Assembly: GCA_034780895.1 (NCBI GenBank)
Contig: JAUZTB010000072.1
Coordinates: 8,289,476-8,353,475, forward strand
Length of the DNA stretch: 64,000 bases
Origin: Rhynchobatus australiae
Taxonomy: Eukaryota
Direction: 5' to 3'
Under the pieces are notes generated by a model. That model was not told where the DNA came from and did no database searches. It was given only the letters and a program-made list of their open reading frames with translations. The position numbers and the translations under genes are program-made. Positions 25,180 to 37,604 of this stretch are shown here, one piece after another (position 1 is the first letter of the stretch; every line of letters starts with the position of its first letter).

Positions 25180-26693
25180 CTGAAAAGTGTCTGAGTATTT
25201 TTAAAATGTCCCATTTTCAGCGTGCATTTGCAAGTTTGAAACGACTCTCACTACAATGGTCATCCTACAAAGAGGATATTTTGTTTTAACCAAATTAATT
25301 TGAACAATAACAAGTATAAATATTGCTAATCACCCTAAATAACCAAAACAACAAAGAAAAACAAACTGCACAATATTTAAACACAATTTGAGACTTTTAG
25401 AAAACACATCATGATACCAGGAGCATCATTCCTCATTACAAGTTGAAAAGAGAACTGTAACTATGACACGTTGCTGAAATTCCAAAGCTTGATATTTCAG
25501 ATCAGTGCTAAGTTGAGAGACTTCAAACAGAGTGCAAAGAAGGCTGACAAAATTGGCCTCAACATCCAGGGCTAAGGTGCAATAAGGCTGTTCACAACCT
25601 CACCAATCCATCCAACACTGAGCTTTGCTTCCAACCCTGCATGCTTTCTAAAAGGCTTCCTATTTCTACCATATGTTATCCCTAGCATACCACCTGCTGT
25701 TGAAAACATCCAACTCCTTTCAGCAACTCAAGACTCAATCTATTCCAACACACATCTGCAGTTGAGCCCATCCTCTGCGAACACATTAATGCAGCATGGA
25801 GGGAGCACTACACTGATGGAGTACCATCTTTCAAGTAAATGAAAACTGAGGTCCTGTTCTCTCAGATGGATAGAGAAGATGCATGGTACTACTCTAAAGG
25901 GGAGAAGTAGAGTTATCTCCAGAGTCCTAGTCAATAATTATCTCTTAATGAGTAAAAAAAATAGAATTTTTATCACTTTCACCTTATTGTTTTTGAATTT
26001 TGTGCACAAAGTGTCTACCACGTGACTACAAACTACTTCATTATCTGTAATGTGTTGTGGACTGTAAAAAGTCCTGCGTAGGTGCAAGTCTTTGTTCAAT
26101 AAGATCTATTGACTACATCCTCTCCTATCATATCCTATCCAGTATTAGATCCCGCTTATCCATGACCTTGTCTCTCAATATCTTAAATATGAAATGCTCA
26201 GCCTTTTAAAATTCCATAGTGGCATTACCCCAACCCATCTGCGCAATCTCATTCCTTAAACTGTTCCTGACCCCCACCCCTCCCCAAACCACACAACTGT
26301 TCACAGTGCATTCAGCTACCCAGGTTTCCTGCTCAATAATCTCTTCCGTTAAATCCTCCGTATTTCCACATTAGATCTAATGCTTAAATCTTCAGAGTTG
26401 AATTTGCAATCTTCCGATTTGAACCACAGTACAATCACTGAGCCAAAAACAAAATTTACAGGCAAAAAGAACATTGATATCTGAGTGCAACCTTTGATAT
26501 TGCACTCAAATAGTAATGTGGCACAGGAGTTGTGGCAGAAGACTATTGGAACAGTTGAGTTTAGAGGTGACAAAGGTCTAAGCGAGTGTTTCTTTAAAAA
26601 AAATCAGAAAAATAGGCATTTAATTTTTGACATCCAAGTACAAAAGTGAGGAGATACAGATGCTATGTCGTTATGAGGTTTGCCACCATCTAC

Positions 26694-26847
26694 CTTAATA
26701 GCTTCCGTGACAATTGCGTCCATTTTTGGTCGTGCAGTAGCAGTCATCTGAGAATTTTTCTGCACTCGAGCTAGTTGACTAGCAGACAAGGTAGCCCATG
26801 ATGGAATGGTCTTTTTAATCTTCTTATCCTTGGTTGGTTCCTTTTCT
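26694..26847 (-). CDS. HP1BP3: HP1BP3 exon
   Basis: 154 nt, phase 2/0; EKEPTKDKKIKKTIPSWATLSASQLARVQKNSQMTATARPKMDAIVTEAIK. Confidence 0.96.
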
Positions 26848-27731
26848 CTGCAATAAGGTCACACATTTCAAAACTTTAGTGTTGGTCAACATTTAGCATT
26901 CTCTCCAATACATTTTTACTAGCATCTGATCAAAGCCTTTTAAAGCCTTGCACTTTACATTGAAAATTAACATTATCTATTTTTAAGTGATATTAGTTGA
27001 GTGATGAAGGTTGCCAGAATAAATGGGAGAGCTCATCGCTTTCCTTCGGATTGAGCCATGGGATCCTCAATGTCCGGTATAAATAAGGGTATGAACAAAT
27101 AGGATCTTGATTAAGCAACTGTGCAGAACTCCTCCAGACTTCAGATCAGATATCCAAAATAGTGCTCATCTACTAAACAGGCTAGGTGGACATAAGCTTC
27201 ACTGTGGAACTGCAGGATTGAATCATTTTTCCCCCTATGGCATGCTATTAAGGATGGGAATGTGCAGCGCAAGGGTTCTTGATTGCACAAAACTAGAATT
27301 GTAACTTTAATTATCAAATCCATGAGAAGGTTGAAAACAAGTTTTCACACTAATCCCAAGTAACATCATACATCGTTGCTGGAGACACAGAGGAGGAAAT
27401 AAAGAGGTATCAGAGTAATAATACAGATAATTTGTTCATGAATGGCAAATGGACATCTACTCCAAACATAATGTCCTTTTCAGGACATGCAAATGCTTCT
27501 GTTCAGAGTGCAGTATTTTAACGTTGCACATTGGGATCTTTTCTTTCACCATCTGCCTTGGATTTAGGTACCAATTGCTGCCTGTCCAAAAAGTCATTAG
27601 AGGAAAAACAAAACAAACCATAAAACAATGAAGATATTTCTGGTCTCTCTGTAGCAATGGTCTTCAAAATACAAATTATTCAATTTTCCAATGTTAGCAC
27701 CATACAACATTTCTGAATTGGATATACTTAC

Positions 27732-27876
27732 TCTTTTTTAGGCTCCTCTGAAGATTTTATTTCTTTCTCTTCATCGCCACTTTTTTCTGCTTCCTTCTTT
27801 TCCTCCTCTTGGGCTGAAGTGTCATTTTCTGGTTCCTCCTCCGCCGAGACAGATTCTTCAGAAGTCACATCTGCAT
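27732..27876 (-). CDS. HP1BP3: HP1BP3 exon (acidic N-terminal region)
   Basis: 145 nt, phase 1/2; DADVTSEESVSAEEEPENDTSAQEEEKKEAEKSGDEEKEIKSSEEPKK. An alternative in-frame acceptor 6 nt inside would start the exon at 27870. Confidence 0.9.
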
Positions 27877-28989
27877 CTTAATGTATGGAAAAGAGTAATT
27901 ATTGCAGTACTTGAAATCTGAGCAAATTATTATTTGGCAATTATGTTTCTGACAAATATAAATGTCAATCACTATAATTAAAAGTTCTGATGCAATCCAA
28001 GAAATTGTTTCCCTAGTCCCAACTGTACAGGAACAAGTTGTACTAAGGAGCAGAGCCAATCCTGTGGGCCCCTCCTCACTAAAGATGGGTACAGTTCATC
28101 TTTAACAACCACATGGTTCAGTTTATCCAAGAAGGAACTTGCAGTCGTTCTACTCCTCATCTAGACAGTCGCCCTTTATTAGGTGATTTGCTGGTAAAAG
28201 TTAACAACCCCAGGACAAAGAAACAGACGAACCTTTGTGGATGACATTAGTAAACCAAGTCAGCTGCCAAAACATAAGCAGTGGCCCAATTTCCAGCAGA
28301 CACTTGATCTTGGAACCATTTCATAGACCATTTCCAGTAACTGCAAACTATTACCAGTTATCCCATTCTCACAGTAATTTCAAAACTTCAACCATTCAGT
28401 AGAAAGAATATTACTGAAAAGTCTTCAAGCTTAGAATTACAACAATACAAAAAGGATGTGCCAGAGGAATGGAATCTGATAAATGTTCTACTTTCCATTT
28501 GCAATTACAGTGATTGTTACACTAATTTATACAGAGCAATTTCCAATGAAAATTTTAAAAGATTGGCATTAGCTTTTTGACACACGTAGAAACCATATTT
28601 TTTTAATATACAAGTGGTAATAGCCCCAGCAAGTGTTAAATCAATTGCAATCTCAACTGCTTCTTTACAACAAACTTTGAATAAAGTGGCTGCTATGCTT
28701 CCTGCATTGTAATAATCATTATACTTTCACAATACTTTGTTGGCTGCAAAGGAGGTTTGGGACATTTTTAAACAGAAGTCGTTATATAAATAAAAGACTT
28801 TTCTTTCCTTCTGTATCTAGCTTGAGATAGAGATGAATTGCNNNNNNNNNNNNNNNNNNNNNNNNNNNNNNNNNNNNNNNNNNNNNNNNNNNNNNNNNNN
28901 NNNNNNNNNNNNNNNNNNNNNNNNNNNNNNNNNNNNNNNNNTTTTCTTTCCTTCTGTATCTATCTTGAGATAGAGATGAATTGCAAATG

Positions 28990-29790
28990 GTTCAGCCTTG
29001 TCCTTGACAGTCTCATTGTAAAGGATGGGAATGTTCTTAATGCCTCTTCTACCCATTAGCTGGTTAATTGTCTGGCACCATTCACGACTACACATGGCAG
29101 GACTGCAGATCTTTGGTAATCTGTCAATTGCAAGATTGGTCTGTTTTGTCCAGTAAATATAGCTGTTCAGCATGCAGCTAATCCTGCAGTGCCTCTTTGC
29201 CAAGTTTCGTCTTATTTTTAGATATGACTTGTACTGCCCCCATCAAGGACCAGTGCACCAGGACTGAACCCATCTTGATTGTAATGGTCTAATGTGGGAT
29301 ATACCAGGCCACGAGGTTACAGATCATTGTAGAATACAACACTGCTGCAGTTGATGTCCACAGCCAACTCCCGATGGTTGCCCAGTTTTGAACTGCCATC
29401 TCCATTCTGAGTCTATCCTAATGATAGTGCCACACAAAATTTAGCACACTTTTAATCTGAAGATGGAAATTTATAGTGCAGTGGACACTTCTACCAATGC
29501 TGATGTCTACAACAGTAGATTGGTGATGAGGTCAAACAGATTTATCTCTCATTGTTGATTCACTCACCACGTCTAGCAACAATGACAGCGATGGTGCCAC
29601 TGAGCCAACTCTTTGTAATAGCCATTGCACCCAATCCAGAGTACCTTTTATGCTTCATGCTTCCTCAGAGTTGTTCAGCATGGAAAGCTGAATCAAAACT
29701 TGAGGGAGGTGGCAAGCAATCAGCCTTCCTTGGCTGTGTTTGACTCAATGCCATGAGTACTCATGGGGTCCAGTCAACATAGAAAATTCT
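28990..29790 (-). mobile_element. Decayed CR1-clade LINE fragment
   Basis: KICSPAMCSREWCQTINQLMGRRGIKNIPILYN...KDKAEPFA, an ORF2 linker-like segment; related to 1750-3243. Confidence 0.7.
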
Positions 29791-30200
29791 CAATGCCACA
29801 TTCCCCCACCATGCTATTATATTAGTGGGTCAAAGCAATGGAGCTTTAGCTCACCTTTATTGAAAGTGTTATTTCTGAAAGTGTTATTTCATTTTGGCAT
29901 ACTGAACTCAAACTTAATCATAATTCCCTTCCAAATGGCCTAATCTTCCATGGATTTGAAGTTAAAGCATACATATTTAAAATCAAGAAACTTAAATCAA
30001 ATAAGCAACTTAACCAGTGCTTTCCAATCTCCTACTGGCTGTTTCTTCACAATGCCATAACAATGCCACCTGACTTGTGCCAGGTTAAGCAGGAATAGGC
30101 TCAGTGGATATTTGACCATATGTGGCAACTATGGGACACCTGAGGAAGTCCAAAATACCCCAGAGGTCTCCTCTTGGAGGCAAGCAGCACAGTAGATATA

Positions 30201-30488
30201 ATATCTTTATTAGTCACATGTACATCGAAACACACAGACAAATGCATCTTTTGCGTAGAGTGTTCCGGCGGCAGTCCACAAGTGTTGCCATGCTTCTGGC
30301 GCCAACATAGCGTGCCCACAACTTCCTAACCCACATGCCTTTAGAATGTAGGAGGAAACTGGAGCACCTAGAGGAAACCTATGCAGCCATGGGGACAACA
30401 TACAAACTCCTTACAGACGGCAGCCAGAATTGAACCCAGGTCGCTGGCACTGTAATGGTGTTACACTAACCACTACACCACTGTGCCT
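30201..30488 (-). mobile_element. tRNA-derived V-SINE
   Basis: Minus strand: A box TGGTGTAGTGG, B box GGGTTCAATTC, V-domain-like GGTTTCCTCTAGGTGCTCCAGTTTCCTCCTACA, tail ...CATGTGACTAATAAAGAT. Confidence 0.85.
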
Positions 30489-31325
30489 GACCCTCTGACT
30501 TCGCTCTGAAGTCCTGACCTATATCTCAGTTAAAGTGTGTAAAGGCCAGAAGATTAGTCTCATATTCTCTCTCAAACCTGATCTACAGAGCTATTATCAC
30601 TTCTTGAATTGATTTACATTACTTCCTTCTAACTTGCTACAAGACCTATTGCTGGTGAAATTCTTTACCAATTTGCCTGCCCTTTCCAATGTCCTGCTAT
30701 CAGGACCCATTAAATTCCCCTAATTAAATTGGCCAATTCCATCAACCTTGGTCACATTCTGCACTGAATGGTGAGCTGCTCAAGTTTTTTGGTCAACCTG
30801 CTGATAGTTGAAGTGAGCTCTCTGAAACCCTCACTGATGCTAGAAGACCATTATAGTTGCCCAAGACCAAACATCATTTGTTCAGTAGATCACAAACTTC
30901 ACATTGCTGGCAAGTTGCTAAGACCAACCAATTTTAGTTCCTATATCAATGATCAAGTTTCAAAGACAGGAGTGAGGCTGTTAGCTAATAATTCTATCAT
31001 TAGCACCTTTATTAATAAAGTGAGCGACCAGCTAGCCTACTGTATCACCATAGAAACATGCATGCAGCTTGAAGTGAGATTTATTTGGTCCAAATATAAG
31101 TAATGGACACCTTGAACAAATAGAATGCCAGACATGTACCCTAACTTTAGGCANNNNNNNNNNNNNNNNNNNNNNNNNNNNNNNNNNNNNNNNNNNNNNN
31201 AGGGAAAGAGAGGGAGCAGGAATGTGATGAGTACCCACTTTTGGTAACCTGACCCTTGTCTTAATTAATCTCTCACACAAAAAACGACAATCATTTTGAA
31301 AACGAAACTTAAACATGACTTATAC

Positions 31326-31392
31326 CTGTAGTAGGCTTGTTTCTTACTGGACTCTCCTGTGCTGAGGGACTAGCATTCCGCCGAATAGGCAT
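31326..31392 (-). CDS. HP1BP3: HP1BP3 probable first coding exon (exon spans 31326-31416; ATG at 31392)
   Basis: Acceptor at 31417-31418, donor at 31324-31325; MPIRRNASPSAQESPVRNKPTT matches the conserved MPIRR motif. All 11 exons join in frame: 1521 nt, 506 aa plus stop. Confidence 0.85.
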
Positions 31393-33499
31393 GTTTACAC
31401 TGATAGAATGAACGACCTGTTAAAGAAACTGCATAATAATGTTTCAGCCAAAATACTATTTTGAACAGCATTTTATAACAACGATGGACAGGGAACAGGG
31501 ACAGAAGGACTAACACCGTGCCAAAATTAGTGAATCAATGGACATCAACTATTATAAAGAAACAAACCCAGCATTTCAATTTTATGTGCAGCATTTATAG
31601 ATGTCTAACTGCAATTTGTAATTGAACAAAATGTGCAGATAGCATAATAACATTAGCTGAAAAGAATCTAATATTAAATGAACTGCATTGAATTGTCAAA
31701 GAATGGACTAAACTTTAAACAGAAATACAACTGTTAGATTGAGCTGCTAGTTGTGTGTTTTGTAATGATAATGAGGTAGAACTGCCTATTTAATAGACAA
31801 TTAATCTTTTAAAATCTTACAAAATCTGGATTTACAAGAGTAAATGAATGAAATCTTCAAATTACTCAGATGACAATAAGCATTACAGGCATATTTCTCG
31901 TTGCACAGGTGAGCCCTTGTGCACAAAGTTTAAATGTCAGTTACAGCATTCAGATTACTACAAGGACCCAAGTGCTCCCAATTATACCCTGTAAAAGAAG
32001 TAATGGAGGGAAGGGCAGGAGACAATACAGATGTGAAAATAGCTACTGTTATTGAAGTCATGTGTACATTATCAGAGATTTACCTTGATGTCAAATGCAA
32101 AGTTGTCAATGAAATAGCTCAGCCTCAGATGCGATGGTGACAGACTTATTTTACAATTAGGAAACAGGGGCTTACAAACAGGTCGAGACTGGTTTCAGTC
32201 TACCAGATATTTAGTTGGAACAAATCTCTTGCTATCCAGTACCAGAAATCAAACAAGCAGTTTGACAATTTGAAGACAGTGAGCCAAGAGATATGATAGT
32301 GGGGTACAGCCAGGTTGACCAGCTGACACACGTTGCAGATTTTGAATGGTTACCCAAGGTAGGTGTGTAGATGAGATCTGTGGAGATGCTAAAGTTACCA
32401 TGGGCACAGAGCAGAATTTTTATTGCTTCTCTGGCTGGATGGATGAAAATTGGCCAATTTATTTGAGGGAAGTTATCAGGTTCTGATATGGGGAGGGGAG
32501 GGGAGGGGAGGGGAAGGGAAGTCCATCAAACTGGACACCACAGGAGAGGTAAACTATCAAAGGGTACAAACAGATCCAAAAAAAAGGTGGAAAATTTATC
32601 AAAACTAGTTGCCTGGTACTGTCAAAAGTGTACAACTAATCTGTCTTCCTAATGTGCTTTAAGGAACACTGCCATCCTCACCAGGACTATCTATATGCAG
32701 CTCCAGTTCATTGTCTGTGTGGCTGAATCTTAACCACCAAGTAAACTGGTCCAGCAAGTCAATTCAATGCATCAACTGCTGCAAACCGAGACACCAGCAA
32801 TTTAACAGCTTGCTGGAGGAACTCAATGAGTCAAGCAGCATGAGAGGAAAGGAATTGTCAACAATTTGGGATGAAACCCTGCATCCTGATACAGGCAGAA
32901 TTAGTTCATTCAGCCCACTGAGTGTGCTCCACCACTCAATCATGGCTTGTTTTTATACCATGGCTGCTACAGTAGCTCTAGGTTAGGTTCTGAAATGTGA
33001 TCTTAAAATCTCAAATATTTCACTAATGTTCTTCAGACAAAGAATTGATGTGAACCAACACAATTTATCTACAATTGCTTCTTAGTTCAAAGATATTTGG
33101 TTTACCATTAGCCTGGATTAGTCCAATAGTTAATGGTTGATGTGAACTAGGGATGGACAATAAATGTCAAATTGCCTGGAATATCCAGACTCGGAAAATT
33201 TATAGATATTAAACTGCTGGCAATTTACATGAATGAAAGTTACGTCACAATTTAAAATGCCAACTAAGGTTGGAAAAATCAATGCCAAATTGCCCTTAGT
33301 TAGAAAATGGGAAAAATGCTGTGTAGCTGTAGAAACCTTACAAGAATGAACATTTCTCAAGTCTTCTCTTAATTACATTATGCCAGAAGAGCTTACATTT
33401 CTAGGTAAATCTGGCACCAAGTAGGTCCAGAAACATAACTGCACACTGTAAGTGAATGAGGTGACTACTTAAGACACAAGGACGTGCAATAATGTTTTG

Positions 33500-34930
33500 G
33501 AGAGGGGAGATCAGGCATAAAACAGAGCTTGTGGCACGTAGCTTGGGCTGTCCAGTGGGAGTGCAGGGACGAGCCTCAGCTGCGGCCGAGCCTTTCGGAG
33601 GAGGGAGGCTTCCTCCAGGGGGACGGGGGGGGAGCCCCAGCGCTGCAGGGGCGCATGCTCAGTACCACCCCACAGAGCAGCCCCTCGACAAAAGCAAACA
33701 AACGCCTTCATTCAAACTCTGCGAAATAACCGACTCCAACTGCCCGCAGCCACACGCAGCACCGCTCCCCGCAGCCGGGGGAGCAGGGCAGGCGGGGAGG
33801 CCGTGCGCCCTCCCCGGGCGGTGGGGAGGGGGGCGGGCGGCCGCACCGAACCCGCTCCCACATCAAAGCCCCAGCATCAAAATGGCGCTCCGAGCAAACA
33901 CAAACATTGCAGCGGCCCGCTGCCGCCGCTCGCCCGCCCGCCATCCCAGAGGGGTGGCGCGTCCCTGCCGTTGTTTTATTACCCGGCGGACTCCTCACCT
34001 CGGCGGCCGCCCCGCTCTCTACCTCCTCCCGCTGTGCCTGCCGCCCGGGCTCTGGCGCCTCTTCACCCTACCTGCCTCCGGCCGGAAACACCGTCACCCA
34101 ACCGACGGTGCGCGCAGCAGGATTCAAACAAAAACAAATGGAAACACCTCCCACTGACAAACCATGCCCCTCCCGCAAAAATCCAGCGGGCGCTGTGAAT
34201 TACCTCGCTCTAAATTATTTACATTGATAAAATCAACCGCGTTTTTTCTCTCTTGACCATTTATTTTTTCCGTTTTACCCTCAAAAACATGGCGGGGGCG
34301 GGGGGTGTTGCCCCTCACCAAGATGGCGACAAAGGGATCTTGCCCCTCAGAAAATGGCAGCCGCGGTTGGGGGGTTTGCCCCTCACAAAGGTGGCGGTCA
34401 CCGTGGGTTTTGCCCCTCACAAAATGGCAGCCGCGGGGGTTCTGCCCCTCACAAAATGGCGGCCGCGGGGGCTCTGCCCCTCACAAAGATTATCTCCAAC
34501 ACCACCCCCCCCCCCCAAACCTGTCATATTTTTTAAAACATACTTATTTCCTTGGAGTTAAAAAGTGCACCTGCAAATTCCAAATACATGCTTCATTGGA
34601 GATACCGAGAGGATATTTTCAAGTAGAGAACAACCAGAGCCTATTGCTCATTTATATTAGTGTTTCAACGAACAGGACCCTTGGGCGTTGGTGCTGACTC
34701 CTTCCAGCCGAAGGGTCCACTAGCCGCCTCCAGGCAGAGGTAATGATTAATATTTAATGTTTACTCTTCGGAAGCGAGGGGCGACATTTCCAGGCGCCGG
34801 CTGAACCAACCAGCAGCCCCCGCCTCTCGCTGACCACCGTTTACATTTGAAAGGGCCAATTGAATGGCGGCGCGGCCCATCCCATCCCGGCCCGGCCCCA
34901 GCAGATCATTGTGTTCACATGGAGCCCGGG
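33500..34930 (-). promoter_or_regulatory. CpG island: HP1BP3 promoter and non-coding first exon(s)
   Basis: The only strongly GC- and CpG-rich tract in the window, 2-3.5 kb upstream of the first coding exon. It has GC boxes (GGGGCGGG), an ETS-type CCGGAA (~34082), YY1 motifs, and a minus-strand donor GAG|GTGAGG at 33999/33998 plus other weaker donors. The transcription start cannot be placed from sequence. Confidence 0.85.
34275..34487. repeat. Minisatellite of ~6.5 units of 32-36 bp carrying YY1 motifs
   Basis: Unit consensus approximately YTGCCCCTCACAAAATGGCRGCCGCGGGGGYT, read directly from the sequence. Confidence 0.9.
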
Positions 34931-35589
34931 GTTTGGCTTCACCTCAAACCTGAGGGATTTAACCAGGAACAGAACCAACCGTGGGGCAGTGTCCTTTCCA
35001 AAAAATATCTCCAAAATGGGAAAAGTATTTTATGGGAACATTTTCATGTTTGCAAGAGGTTATGCCACAAGAGTAAGGGACAAAGCTAACATAAAAAAAG
35101 TAAATACTGGAAACACCCAGCAGCTCAGGTAGCATCTGTGGGGGAAAAGACGTGTGGATAGGAAAGGTGTAGAGAGATATGGGCCAAATAGGTAAGTAAG
35201 TTCGGTAAGGCGACTTGGTTGGAGTGAAGAAGTTTGACTGAGGAACCTGGTTCCATGCTGTGCAGCTCTGTGACTCTAAAGAATCAACTGTCAAATCTGG
35301 GCCAAAGAACAAAAGTTTCTAAACTTTCTCAAATATTTAAGTGAATGGTTTACTCAGTATTGATCTATCTAAACACTATCTTCCCCACACTGATTAACTA
35401 AGCTTCACTGATAAATGATGAAAAGTAAAATCAGGATGGATTTAAAATAAAATAATTTTATCCCGTGTTAGTGGTTAGACTTGTCTCTGTTTATAGAATG
35501 AAGCATTGAGAATTACGAGACAAATGTTCCCGGCTGGAGCCATACCTCACATCAAAAAATATGGTTCTTGGACATCATTTATTCATCCC

Positions 35590-36610
35590 GAGGTTGTTAC
35601 TGCAGGACTTCCTCACGGCAGAGGTTCCTCAGGGTAATATCTTAAGCCCAGCCATCGTCAACTACTTCATCAATGGCCTGCATTCAATCGTAAAGTCCGA
35701 AGTGGGAAAGCCATTTGCAATTCTTTATAAAACAAAGCAGCCCATTCCTGCAAGTGGCAAGCCTGGATGCCATGGGCAGATAAATGACAACATTTATGCC
35801 AGACAACTGCCAAGCAATGACCATCTCCAGAGACAGAGTTAGGCATAAAGAGTTAGGGCCTGTTTCCATGTTCTTCAGCCCACTGGGACTGCACCAACCA
35901 TCAATCACCCATTTACACTAATCCTATTTAGTTTTTCCTATACTCGTGTTCCCATCAATTTCCTGTACATCTTTCAGAATGTAGGAGGGAAACTGGAGCA
36001 CCCAGAGGAAATAAACAATTGTAGGAAGAATGTGCAAACTCCACGCAGACAGCACCAGAGGTCAGCATTGAACCTGTTCTCTGGTGCTGTGAAATAACAG
36101 CTCTATTCACCTTGCCAATGCGCTGCCCAATTGCATCTTCCCAATTTTAAATGGTATTACCATTGAGTCCATCATTCTGGGGGTCACTATTGACCAGAAA
36201 TGTAACTGAACTAGTCATATAAACACTACTGAGACAATGCTTGGTATCTTGCAACAAGTGACTCATCTCCTGACTTCCCAAAACCATTTGACAAGATACT
36301 GATTGGGAGTATGATGCAATACTCTTTACTTGGTGTAGAACTACACTTCTCCAGCTTAGGCCAAAGAGCACCTCCTAAACCTGTGAACTCAATCACCAAG
36401 GACATGGGTAGCAGATGCATCAGAACACTACCAGCATGTTCTCCTGCAAATCAAGTGCTGTGCTAAATTGGAAATATAATGCCAATCCCTGCTGTAAATT
36501 GTGGAACATCTTACCTAACAATATTGTGGATGTACTTTCAACAAGTGGACTACTATTGCTCACCACTACATTTCCAAGGGCAATTAGTGATGGGCATTAA
36601 ATGCTGACTT
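35590..36610 (+). mobile_element. CR1-clade LINE 3' fragment interrupted by a V-SINE
   Basis: RT motif EVPQGNILSPAIVNYFINGL (GVPQGS.LGP..F..FINDL-like); decayed downstream. Confidence 0.65.
35860..36128 (-). mobile_element. V-SINE
   Basis: gaaactggagcacccagaggaaa and caaactccacgcagacagcacc..attgaacc, sharing the V domain and B box seen at 30201-30488. Confidence 0.7.
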
Positions 36611-36619
36611 TTGCACTGA

Positions 36620-37132
36620 TGCTGACTGGTTACATCATAGTCTGGTACCGCATTTCAAATGCACAGGACTGTAAGAAGCTGCAGAGAATAGTGGACTCGC
36701 CCAATACAGGCACATCCCTCCCCACATTAAAAGTATCCTCACAAGGTGCTGCCTCAAGAATGCAACATCTATCATCAAAGATCCCCACCATCCAGGTTGT
36801 GCCATCTTCTCGTAGCTACCATTGGACAGGAGGTACAGAAGCCTGAAGTTCCACACCACCAGTTTCAAGAACAACTATTTCCCTTCAACCATTTGATTCT
36901 TGAACCAACCAGCACAACCCTAACCACTACTTCAGTATAGCAACATTATGAACATTTTGTACAACAATGGGCTTTTTTCAGTTCTAATTGTGTTCTTTCT
37001 TATATAATTTGTGTTTTTCTTGTGAATGATGTGCCTCTACCTCTTTGTGCCTGTGATGCTGCTGCAAGTCAGTATTTTTATTGCACCTGTGCATACATGG
37101 ACTTGTGTATATGACAATAAACTCGACTTTGA
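36620..37132 (+). mobile_element. Rex1/Babar LINE 3' fragment
   Basis: LTGYIIVWY..SNAQDCKKLQRIV, then IIKDP.HP-like and TT.FKN.YFP-like pieces; tail gacaataaactcgactttga. Confidence 0.75.
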
Positions 37133-37604
37133 TGCTCATACCTGTATATTAAGTTTAAAATGTATGAGTAGGTTAATTTGGGATTAAAATGGGCAGCGCA
37201 GACTCGTTGGGCTGGAAGGGCCTGTTGCTATGCTGGAAATAAAATTAAAAAAAAATTAAAAATACAGTAGCAGAGAATAAAATGGAGGAAAATCTGGTGC
37301 TGCCACAAGTCAAATGTGCATATTGTATAGATTGACTGTTCCCAGGTGCTGGATTCTCCTTTCCTCCTCACCTCTCCCTGTCCCCAGCCATTGCCACTGC
37401 ACTCAACCATGCCGAACTTGTTTTCATATTGAAACTGTTNNNNNNNNNNNNNNNTCTGGCTCAGTCTGTGGAATATATGGAACATTTTGTTTTACAGTTC
37501 CACTCAGGTTCCCTCCCTTCTTTTTCTTGGACAATGTTGATTCATTCGATCGGTCCAACTCTTGCACTGAAATAGAAAATTATTAAGTTTGCTGAAAATT
37601 AAAA

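Noticed and set aside
28799-28984. Direct repeats flanking 100-N gaps (also 44502-44647, 63357-63523 and a 7-bp overlap at 13608-13721)
   Set aside because: The same sequence sits immediately on both sides of fixed-length gaps, once with a single-base difference. This indicates unmerged contig or haplotype overlaps, not real duplications or TSDs.
30400-30488. tRNA gene
   Set aside because: The A and B boxes belong to a SINE head that continues into a V domain and LINE-like tail; no convincing cloverleaf.
32488-32520. G-run tract with G-quadruplex potential in the HP1BP3 5' intron
   Set aside because: A simple (GGGGA)n-type repeat; nothing in the sequence supports a function.
34275-34487. 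Repeat-spacer appearance resembling a CRISPR array
   Set aside because: Eukaryotic context, no cas genes, and the spacers are short and related to each other; it is a minisatellite.
33492-34697. Several overlapping ORFs of 60-221 aa in the CpG island
   Set aside because: Stop-poor GC-rich sequence and the ATG-containing minisatellite explain them; the translations are low-complexity with no recognisable domain.
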